From: Ramazzottius varieornatus
Taxonomy: Eukaryota; Animalia; Tardigrada
Direction of reading: 5' to 3'
DNA: 64,000 nucleotides
Assembly: GCA_001949185.1 (NCBI GenBank)
Contig: BDGG01000002.1
Coordinates: forward strand, 8,174,448 to 8,238,447
Within the stretch, counting starts at the first letter, position 1. Each line of letters opens with the position of its first letter. A program made the position numbers and the translations under genes. The notes beneath the pieces are model-generated. The model searched no databases. It worked only from the letters and a program-made list of their open reading frames with translations, and was not told the DNA's origin. Of this stretch, positions 12,201 to 24,200 are shown in pieces.

Positions 12201-15200
12201 TGGATACCAGAAGTATCTCCCAACAACCTCAACTTGTGCCCAAGAGACCCGAGTTGGCTCCACAGGTCACAAGTAAGAAATAAGAATCGGAGTTCTGATA
12301 TAATTTGGGGCTAGACAATTAAAGTCAGCAAGATCAGTCTCCCAAGTGGCGAACGATCTCAGCCGATAACACCAACAACGTGCGGTACTCTTGTCGGGTG
12401 CGTTTTGCCGAGCTCCCGGTTATCGGTTAATTTTCAAGATTGCATGTGTGCAGTATAGAATGAATTCAGAAAATCTGATGTCTGTTTATCTGCAGCTGAG
12501 ACCAGTCAAGAGTACATCAATCAGCGTTTCAAGAACCGAATGGACTTCACCACCCAGAAAGAGTTCCTGGAGAAATTGGAGGTGCAGCCTCACCACGAGC
12601 AGTTCTTTGACTATCAAACCTCCGACGACCGGCACATTGTCCAGCAACAAATCCGAAAACGCCAGACCACGATGGAGCAATTCCAGCCAGAACAGCCTCA
12701 GCCAGGTCCCCAGTATCAAGACTACCAGACGTCCGAAGACCGCACCCTCTTGCAGCAGCAAGTCTCCAAACGTCAGTTCACTCAGCAAGAAGAAGAAGCA
12801 AGACAACAGCCCCAGTACTTTGACTATCAAGTATCCGAAGATCGCAGCTTGCTCGAACGAAACCTCCGCCAACGACGGCTGGTCACTGAGGAGGAGGGGC
12901 CGGAAGTGACTGAGCAGACTAACTTCGTGGACCATCAAAGAGTTCGTACGCTACCAGCTGTACCATCCAAACCTCAGAAGCCTCAAGATGTTTCTCAGCC
13001 TCTCTCTGCAGCTGAACAAGCGACGTTGGAATACTTCTCGCCAACTGAGCAAGGACGAGAAGGCACTCCACAGCGGGCACCATCATCAGTTAGGTCGGTC
13101 CGGCACACGCCCGAGAAGGAGTACACGGATATGCGAGCGCGTCTAAAACCCATTCCTCGACAGGTAAAACCTATCCGGTTTAGTTTGGTGGCCAACCATT
13201 GAAACATACATAGTCATTAATTTAAGTGGCGCACGCCTCCAGCCAACAAAAGGGCGAGCCTGCGCTACTTGTGATAATGTCCTCAAGTAACGCACGCTTC
13301 CAGCTAGCAACAATCGAGACTTGCGCAACTTGAAATAACGATCTTGTAGGTAGTTGCCAATGTGCAATTTGTAGGAATGTACGAAGTTTCTCACGATCGG
13401 TTACTCAACAGGTTACTCCTCAGCCTGAACGGGTGGAGATTGAACGGAACCTAACTTCCTACCAGCCCGAAGAAAGGAGGCCGGAGATGGCGCAACCAGA
13501 CTACTATCAGACTGACCGTGCCCGCGAACAGTCCGAGCAACGATCCACGAGGCGAACTGAAATGAGCGTCCAGCGAAGTGTGGAAGACCAGCGGCAAGCA
13601 ACAGGACCAGAGTACATGAATTATGAAGTGTCGGAAGACAGCAACATCCTGGAGCAGCGTATTCGACGCCGTCTGTTTTCACCGCTGGAAGAACGCCAAG
13701 CTTTAGCCGACGAACGCGGAATAACCCTGACCGAGCTGGAACGCCAGATTGAAGCTGATTCAGTCATCAAGGAAGAGTCGCCACTACCCGAACATGCCGA
13801 GGAGGACTACTTCGCTCCGACACCCGTCGTGCAAACGCTTGAAAAACTTACGGTGAGTGAACGTGTGGCTGAGCGTGAACTTCCCTATCGCCCTGTCGAT
13901 GTCACCTCTAAGGGCCCGCAAAGGACCGAGATACAGTACCGACCTGCCACCACTGTCCCCGCCAGTCCCACCCAGGTGCAAACCTTCGAGCGAAGTGTCA
14001 CCCAAATACAGTCGACAACTTTGCAAAGAGAAGAAGAGACTGAGAGTCCTCAACCGGAAATGGCTCAAGTCGATTACTATGCTCCTACTTCTTCACCCAA
14101 ACCACTTCCAAAACCATCTATGTCTGTCGATGTCCAGCCTGCCTACCAGACAGAAGTGTATGAGAGTCGGCTGGAACGTACAACGGTGCAGAGAGACCAA
14201 CAACCTCAGACGTTACCTCAACCAGAGATGGCCCAGGTCGACTATTACGTGCCTGCTCCTACTCCCGCCCAACCGTCCAAGCCTGCTCCTGTTCCTGTTC
14301 AAGACCAACCTACCTACAGGACAAGAGTGTACGAGACTCGCTTGGAGCAGACAATGGTCCGTGGAGAACAACCCGAAGGCAACGTCGAGTCTCCGCAACC
14401 AGAGATGGCCGAGCTCGATTACTACGTTTCCACACCTACTCCCGCACCGAAGCCCACTCCTACTCCTGCTCCGGTAGACCGAGCTGTGGAGAAACAGCCA
14501 TCCGTCCCCGCGCCACAGTACATTGACTATCAAGTGTCAGAAGAACGTAACATCCTGGAGCAGACTGTCCGACGCCGCACGTTTTCACCGCAACGGGAAG
14601 AACAACCCGAAGTAACTACTGAGTCATCTCAACCGGAAATGGTCGAGCTTGACTACTTCGTCTCTGCACCTACGCCTGCACCCAAGCCTACTCCTAAACC
14701 AGTCGAGGAAGCACCCGCCCCAACGGAAGACCGTACCTCGTACAGAACGGAGGTCCGTGAAGCCCGCATGGAGCAGACGATAGTTCGGCGAGAACAACCC
14801 ATTGTCCAACCCGAAGAACAGTCGGCTCAACCGGAGATGGCCGAGCTTGACTATTACGCCCCGCCTCCCATACCAGCACCGAAACCTGCTCCCACTTCGG
14901 ATGAAGACCGAACTGTTGAGCAACAGCAATTAGTGCCTGCTCCGCAGTACATTGACTACGAAGTGTCAGAAGAACGTAACATCCTACAGCAGACTGTCCG
15001 ACGCCGCATGTTCTCCCCACAGACAGACGAACAACCCGAAGTAACCATTGAATCACCCCAGCCGGAAGTGGCCGAACTTGACTACTATGCTCCTGCTCCC
15101 GCACCAAAACCTGTAATCAAGCCCTCCCCGACTCCTGTCGAGGGACGCAGAGAGCAACCGTCGTACACGAGTGAGGTTGAGGAAAGTGGTCCAGAGCACA

Positions 15201-18200
15201 CAACCGTCTATAGGGAGGAAACAAGAAGCCAAGTGCAAGTTGAATCTCCCCAGCCAGAAATGGCACAGCTCGACTTCTTTGTGGCTGCTCCTACTCCGAC
15301 TCCTGCTCGAGTTGAGCGGGTACCCGAAGGACCTTCCTACAGGACCGAAGTGCAGGAAACCCGCCTCGAATACACAACCGTCCAAGGGGAACAACCTGAA
15401 GAACAGCCTGAATATACTGTTGACTCCCCTCAGCCAGAAATGGCCGAAGTGGACTATGCCGCTCCAGCTCCCACTCCAGCCCCAAAACCTGCACTTCTTC
15501 CCGCTCGCCTTGAAGTGGCGCCTGTTCCACTCGTAGAGCAACCGTCGTATAGGTCTGAGCTCGAACAAAGTCGAGTCGAATACACAACAGTCCAGAGGGA
15601 CGAGTCGGTCTTCCGGTCTGAAGAACAGCCGGAAGTAACTGTAGAGTCGCCCCAGCCCGAGAGGGCGGAGCTTGACTATTTCGTACCTGCTCCAGCCCCC
15701 AAGCCCGCACCTACTTTCGCTCCTACCCGAGCCCCTGCCCCGGAAGCTCCAGTCCAAGAGCAGTCCACGTACAGAACTGAGGAGACTCGAGTGGAGTATA
15801 CGACAGTTCGGCGTGAAGATAGTGCCCTCGAGTCACCACAGCCCCAAATGGCCGAACTTGACTTTTATACTCCTGCCCCTACGCCAGCACCTAAACCCGC
15901 ACTAGTCGAAGAACAACCCGTAGAGCGAAGTGAGGTTCAGGTGAGTCGGAGCGAATACACAACAGGGGTACAGCGACACCCCGAATCTCCCCTCCCTGAA
16001 ATGGCCGAGCTTGATTACTATTCTCCCGCACCTGCCCCTCCCATTCCTGCAAACAAGCCCGTGCTACCGCGAGAAGAAAGTGTTGTAACTCGTACGGAAA
16101 GCCGTATTGATCTTACAACCACCCGACAAGAAGAAGCCGAAAATCAGCCTGCCTATACCGTCGAGTCTCCCCAGCCGGAAATGGCCGAGCTTGATTACTT
16201 TACTCCCGCACCTGCACCCATTCTTGCAGCCAAACCTCCGCTGCACCGAGATGAGCATACGGTAACCCGAGTCACTGAAAGCCGCGCTGACCTAACAGCA
16301 TCTCGACATGTGGAGGTTGAACGTCGGCCTGACTATACTGTCGAGTCTCCCCAGCCGGAAACGGCCGAGCTTGACGTTGCTGTGGCCCCTGTACCGCACG
16401 TAGAACATGCAGAGACGGTCCCTGACGTAGTCGGCATGTCCCGCTGGCAAACGAGTGAAACCACCGTTACCCGTTTCGACCTGGTCACTCCTCAAACCCA
16501 ACCCGAAGCAGAGTCTCCACAGCCTGAAATGGCCGAGCTCGACTTTGCTCCAGCGTTCGCTGCGACGGTTGAAAGTCGAACAGATCGAAGCCAGATAAAC
16601 CTTCCCTTTGTTGAATCACCCAAACCCGAGCACGCTGACGTAGCTTTCGCTCCTTCCCTGGTTGAAAGTGTTGTGATGCCAGTAGAGCGAACCGAGCTTG
16701 CCCACCCGGATGTTGAGTCTCCCCAACCGGAAATGGCTGAGCTTGATTTTTTGGGCGCCCCCGTACCACAACCTGTAGAGAAGGCCACTGAAATGCTCGG
16801 TACTTCTCACTGGCAGACGAATGAGACAATCGTTACCCGCTTTGACCAGGTCACTCCCCAAACCCAACCGGAAGTCGGGTCTCCGCAACCGGAAATGGCC
16901 GAAGTTGATTTTTACGCTGCTCCACAGGTCGCTCCCAGATCAAGGCCCTCCCCTATTGACCAACACCCAGCCTTTACCACGAACATAGAACGGACCACCG
17001 TTGAGATCATCCGAAGAGGTAATAGGGAAGAGGTGGCGGAAGTATCTCCTCAGCCTGAAATGGCCGAGATCGATTACTACGCCCCAGCACCTGCACCAGC
17101 TCCTCAACCTGCAACCAAGCCTACCCATAAGGTCGAATCTGTAGTAGACTTCACTACTGAGCGAAGGGAAGAAAAAATGATCGAACAAGTGGAACAACCC
17201 GAATACACCGTCGAGTCACCCAAACCGGAAATGGCTGAGTTAGATTATTACGCTCCATTACCTTCTGTTCCCTTACAGCCAACCGAGAAAACGGAAACTG
17301 AACTGGACCGTGAAGTGACGAAGGAAGAAGAGTCTGTTCTTGTTGAAGAACAGCGGATTCTGAACTACGAAGTGACGGAGGATCGAAATATCCTGGAACA
17401 AGTCGTTCGGAAGAGGACTTTCTCCAACGCGTCAATACCACAAGAAGAACAACCAACGTACGTCAACTACGAAGTCTCGGAGGATACTTCATTTCTGGAA
17501 CAGAACGTCCGAAGAAGGACTATTGAAGAAGTACCACAAAAACAGCCTTCCCTGGTGCCGGAAACGCTACCGGTCTTAGAGATGGAAGAAACGTTGCCTT
17601 CAGGTAAGTTCTCTGTAGAAAGCGTAAATCAATACCGCCGAGAGTTTACTGGGAGATCTTTGGTGGTGCGACGGTTTTATTCAGTTGATCGAATAAGTTG
17701 ATCCTCTCTGAAACTTGAACGTCGGCAAATGAATTCACCTCGACTGCTATCTGAAGTGACGCGGGTCTATATTGTTAATGACTAAGGGTGTGCCCCGTTT
17801 GACAAACGATCAGGTCTAACTTTGATTGTTTTTCCAAGTGACGCACCAGTGTACTGTTACTGGCCGGTTGCGTGCGCCGCTTTGAAAATGACCTGGTCCA
17901 TTTCACTTGCCGAGTCCCAATTGAATGCCAAATTGCACGCATTTTTTTCTTTAGTCACACCCTTTCCCACCAATGTTGCACCCTTGATTGCACCGAAACC
18001 TCGACCTGTCGATGAATTTTCGCATGCTCCAGAGTTTGCCGAGACTGATTACTTCCAGCCTGAGAGTGTGTCTGTCGAGCGCACGCCGGCTGAGGAAGCA
18101 CCCTTGCATGTACCAAGATACCTGGACGAAGGAATTCCCACTACAGATCAAACGGCATTCACCAGCACTCATATCACTTCGCAAACTATCACTCATCCAA

Positions 18201-21200
18201 AGCGTCGCTTCTCCACGCAAACATCCCAAGTGATCACAGAGACCCTTGTGGCTCTTAGACCCCTTCCTGAACGAGAAATGCCCGAACTTGACTTTTACAT
18301 GCCACAGCAGGAAACGGTCAGTTCAGAAGTACCGGCTCAAACAATAACTAGCCAGCTAGCAGAAATACGAAAAGATCATGAAGTAGAGCGGTCCAACGTG
18401 ATCACGGAAATTACGAGCATAGTCCACACTCAGGTTTCCGAAATTCCCTCAGAGGGCGCCACAGCACAGGAAACACTATTGCTTCGCGAGTCGCCACTTC
18501 TCGACTACTTTGCACCTCCGCCTGTCAAACGGGGTGAAACTCATATTTTCGCCCAAAGCGATGTAGGGGAGAACATTCTGGTGTCTCCGCGTTTTTCCAC
18601 TCAGCAGTCAGAAATCACGGCAGAGACAATGGTGTCACACAGCCAAGTTGTCGAACACGAATCTCCCGTGTTTGATCATCACACGCCACAGCCTGAAACA
18701 ATCAAAAGTACAATCGTCGTTGAGGAAGTTAATGCACCAGTGAGGGAACAGCCTCAACCGCGGCCCCAGATGCAAGCTGAAATACCTGAGTTGGAGTACT
18801 ACGCCCCGCAACAGCAAGGACGAACCGAAACAAATCTCACACTTCGCGAGTTCTCTCCTAAAGTGGATCAAGCAACTACAGAAGAGACAACAGCTGAACA
18901 AAGGCAACAGATTCCAGACTTGTTCCTCATAGAAGAAGCACCTATTCAAGCCAAGTTGGAACTTACTGATCGAACAAATACTGTGGTAACTGGTGAACGA
19001 CCCTTGGTGCATGAGCATGCTGAACTGGACTATGCTGTTGCATCAGCACCCTCTGGTGATACTCCTGCCACCTTTCCCTCGCATATTCAGAAAGAGCGGT
19101 TCTTTGTCGAAGAGTCCCCTCGTTACATCCCTGTTCCTCTCCATCCCACAGATACCCCTATGGTCCCCGAGTACGCCCAGTTCGATTACGCTTCGGCTCG
19201 GCCCGAATATACCGACTACCCTGAAGACCGTCAGGTAGAATTCCCTGTTACCCGTCCACAGTACGACCAGCCCGCCGTGGTACAATCCGAAGTGCCGGAC
19301 GAGCGAGCTCGCACGGTTACCTTCCAGTTACCCGAAACCGGATCTGTGGATACTCTAGTCCCCGAGCATGCACCTCATTTCGTGCAACCAGGTATTGAAC
19401 CATCCGTAAAAGGCAGACAGAGGACTTTTGGTTTGCCTAATTCTAGTTCACCAATCGAAGAGTACACGTGCACAGTAGGTCGGAGTAAGCCAAACAAACT
19501 CAACCAGATCGTTTTGTCAAGTGGCGTATATTTTCAGTGAAATTCGGTGGAAGCGTGCGCCACTTTGGCAAAACCGGTGTGGTTGCAGTTGTTTGCCGAA
19601 GTCCCATTTTTTATGCATATTTATCTGGCTGGGTTTTTACTCCGACAAATTTAATCATCCTCAATATTTGTTTTTAGAATTGGAGGTGGTCCTACCAGAA
19701 TTTCCTTCAGTCGAACAGGCCATTGACTTTGACACAGCCATCTCCAAAGCTCCGGTTGTCCCAGAAGTTCCTGAAGGTGTTACCACAGTTCGCCCATCCG
19801 TTGAGGAACTGGACACACTTGAAGTGACCGCCCTTGGACTAGCAGAAATTCTGCTTTCTACTAGTGACCACGCCATGCAAGCTGCCGAAGCGTATCCTCT
19901 TGTCCTGACAGAGGCCGCTCCAGTCAGCACTGATCATTACGAGACGTTCGAGAGCGATAACGTCTCGGAAAGTACCATCTACTACGACGCTCGTTCCGAC
20001 ATTTACGCCTCCGATACCGACAAGTTCTATACGCCATCACGCGGCAGCTTGGCTAGTCTGGCGGCATTCAGTGTCCGTAGTTTTGATGACTTGGAGGAAG
20101 AAGAAGTTCCGGTAAACAAACTCCACTAGATTATTTCGCGAAGTGGCGCACGATCCGAGCTAGTAACACTGCGAGCATGAGCCACTTTGAAAGCGATCTC
20201 CTCCAGTTCCACGTCTCGAAACCGTTCCACTAGACTTACGTTGACAGCCACTGTTTAACTCACTCTGTGTTTACAGGTCTACCCATTGGAGACTATGCCG
20301 GAAGAAGACTTCGTCCAGACGGAAACAACCGAAGAAACTACACACCGAACGACCGCATCGACCCTTCCCGAAACGTTTGTCCCTCAAAGACCGACGGAAG
20401 GCACAGCGCTGGTGGAGACTTCGGAACAAGAAGTGGCGCCATACGTGACAGAGAATGTTGAAGCTACCGCGATCGAGCAAGACATCGGTATGGCGCAGGC
20501 TGGACCCCAGTTTGCAGCGCTAGAAGCCAATGTGATTATCTCGAGGAGGGAATCCGTGACTGTTGTTGAAGATCGGCGGATTGAAGAAAGACCGGTGGAG
20601 GAGACTCAGATTGAGCTTACTCAGCCTGTGGCAGCAGATGTTTCACCAGTCATCGAAGATGTAACGGACGAATTCACTCAACGTACAGCGGGGGTTGAAT
20701 CAGCAACGGAGGTGAGCCAACTCTAAAATTTTAGTGGATTCTCTTTGTATGTAAGCAAACTCGACAAGATCGTTTTCCGAAGTGGTGCACAGTTTCAGGC
20801 AATAACACTGCTAACGTGCGCCACTTGGAAAAACCATGTTGTTTAGTTCGTTTGCCGAGCTCCATACATTTTAACCGATTTCGTTGTGCAGATGACTGTG
20901 CAAGACGAAACGCAGACTACCACAACGACCACAGAACAAGTCCTCAAGACGTCCATCGTGCAGATCCAGCCAAAAGAGGCACCGGTGAAAGAAACCATCG
21001 TTGACTTGACTCAGTCGATCGTCACCGAAGACCAGCGACCCATGGAAGAAACGTTGACGGAAATGGAAGTTGAGCAAGATGTCCAAACGGCTACCAAAAC
21101 TCTCACCGAGTTATCGAAAGAAGTGGTCCCAACTCCCACTAGCGAAATGGTCTTTGAAAGCGAAATGGTTGTATCGAAACCTGGAGCAGTAACTTCCGTT

Positions 21201-24200
21201 ACCACGGTGGAAGAAATAATTGTTGAAGTGACAAGACCAGAAGAGCACATTACGGTCGTTACCGACGAGACCATGGAAGAGATGGCGCAGCCGGAAGTCG
21301 AGCTGGTGACCACGACCGAAAGTATCACCGAAATTCCACAGATTACCACTTCAACCAGTGAAACGGTTTTCGAGACTGTGATGATTGACGCGAAGCCAAG
21401 CGAGAGAACCGAACTCGAGGCGGCACAAGTTGCTCCTGCTGAGGAAACCGGACGAACAGAGATCGCGGTTGAGTTTCCTGACATGATAGAGACCACGATA
21501 ACAACCGTCGATCGAATTGTGGTGGAACAGGAGGACAGAACGGCTGAGCAGGTTGTCAGGGAGGAAACGAAGGTTACGCGAACCGATCTGACCATGGAGA
21601 CACGACCGCAAGAGAAAATGGCCGTAAAAGAAACGGTAGTCGAAGAAGCCCAAGCGGATCATCAGGAAAATGGTACTATTTTCGACTTTTAAAATGGATG
21701 AATGAATGCAATTGATCAGAATTTTAAAAATTGATGAACCAGGGAGTTGAACAGGCATCATCGAATATAAAAAGTTAACGTTAAAGCAGAAACTCAAAGT
21801 TCGCTTTCCGGTCTGGCGCACGTTTTCCGTGTTAACGTCTGCAGACATGCGCCACTTGGAAAAGAACCCTGTCGAGCTTGTTTGCATAGGTGCCAATTTA
21901 TGCTTTCTCCTTCTTGTTGCAGTTGTTCTGGGAGACATGTCGGTTGATGTCCAACAGCCTGAAAAAGAAACTGAGCGAGTTACCGAGACCATCACCGAGA
22001 CATTCAACCTACTACCAGTCGCCACTACCGAAGAGGTGTATGACACGACGGTGGTCGAAGTGCCACAGCCTTCGGTCGAACGTACGGAGCTCGAAGTGAG
22101 CCGAGCTGTTCCTGCTGACCATACCGAACGAGTGGAGACAACGTTGGATTTCCCAGCTCAACCTCTGACTGTCGTGGTTCCGACCGTCGAGGAAGAACAA
22201 ACCAGTCAGGTCGTCGCTCAGGAGGAAACGATAGTCACGACCACCGAAGTCATGTTGGAAACCCACAAGCAAGAAGAAGTAGTTGAGAAGGAAGTAATCG
22301 AAGCCGCCAAAAGTGACACTGTGACGTCCGTTGAAGAAAGTATCGAGCAGCTCGAACAACCAACGACAGTAATCGACATTGTTAAGGAAGACCTAGCACC
22401 GGAAGAAGTGCTGCAAGCATCCGCCACATCGACCGAAACTATCCTTGAAACGACCACCATTACGGTGCGTCGTTCCGAAGAAGCAGAGAAACCAGTTGCT
22501 GAACAGACCGTAGTTGAGATTGCTGAAGAGGTGCAACCGGAAGTAACCACGGTCAGTCAAGTTGTCGGCGAGACTTCACAAGTTTCAACAACTACCGCAG
22601 AAACTCTGTACGAGACTGTCAAGGTTGCGGCAAAACAGCTAGAACAGGTTCCTGCTCCAACCGAGACAGTAGTGATTGAAGAAGAAGTGACGGTGAAAGA
22701 CACAACTCGTCCAGCGGAGGAAGTACCTGTTGAGACAGTGGAAGAAGTAAGTCGGGAACTCAAATCAATCGGGCCTGCGGTAACAACACCGGTAACAGAA
22801 CAGACCATCGCTGAATTTGAGCAGCAAGTCCCAAAACTAGACCAGGTACGATTCTAGCTGCGTCCGTTTACGCGAAATAAATTTGGGACGTGGGCAGGGA
22901 TGTGAGTTTGATCGTTCTACCAAGTGGCGCCCACCTCCAGCTAATGACAATGGAAACGCGCGCCACTTGAGATTGCGATTCGGATTAGTTCATTTTTTAT
23001 TCGCGTCGTTCTTTCTTCTGGCGCATACTGACAGTCTATTGCAGTGGAATATGCGCCACTTGAGATGTCGACCTGGCTCAGCTCGTTTGCCCGCGTCTCA
23101 TTTTGTATTACTTTTGGATAACCTAACCGTTGTACGTTTTTCAGGTATCGGAAGAAACCGTTACTGAGTTTGTCACTTCAACTTCCACCAGCACCGAAAC
23201 CGACGTTGGCGCCGCAGTTGTTACCCCTCGACCCGTTAGAGACGTCGAGTCACAGCTTCCTCAAGATATTGCACCTACTAAAGAAGCTGCAGAGCAATCT
23301 TCCGAGCTGACAGCCGAAAAGCTGGAGATAGCCGGCATGACTGGTCCCGAGGAAACTGACAAGAGCCTGTTGATCACTTCACTGCCCGCCGCAACACAAG
23401 AACAGATAACGGAGGCCAACATCGAATCGTACCTTGAGCAGCTGGAAAGAAGCATCGTGGAAGACTTGCCGACTATCGAGCTGGTCTCTAAGCTGCCTTC
23501 CGATCAGAGTGTAGCCATGGTTGGTGCTGCAGTCGAAGGGCCAAACATCGCCGAAGATTTGGTGATGTCCGCTTTGGAAGAGAATGTTCCGGACAAGGGA
23601 ACGATTCTGGTGGAAGGTGAGACTCCTGTTGAGAAAGCCGACGCGACAAAGGTTGAAGTGTACGACACGGCTAAAACTATTGTGGAGAGAACGGTAAAAG
23701 AACGCCCCGTAGAAGTTGTTACTACACAGGAAAAGCTAGTAGAAGAAACAACGATAGTGGTGGAAAAAGCGACCACCGAAAAACAGCGAGCAGAACAGGA
23801 CGTGTTCAAGGTAGCAGAAGATACAGCACTGGTCACGGAAAGTCTCCAACCGGAAACCGCCAATGTCGAGGTAAGGTCGGCAGCTCACACGTATCTGAGA
23901 CATATTTACTAATGCTTAATATTACTAGGTTTCGACCATTGAAATGCCGCTCGATACTGCATCCTCTACCCGAGCTGACACGGAAGAAGCAAGCCAAACC
24001 ATTGTTGAAGTTCAGGGAGTAACCACAACACATACTATCGCGGCTGATTCGGGGACTGCTCGGGAAGACGTCCTTGAGACAGTCCAACATGCAGAAGAAG
24101 AAACGCCCACCACAGTTGCGGAAGAAGAACAGACCGTGGTTTCTGAGACTACTCATTCGGAAACGGCCACGGTCGTCAAGGAGCTCGAGCGCGACCAGGC

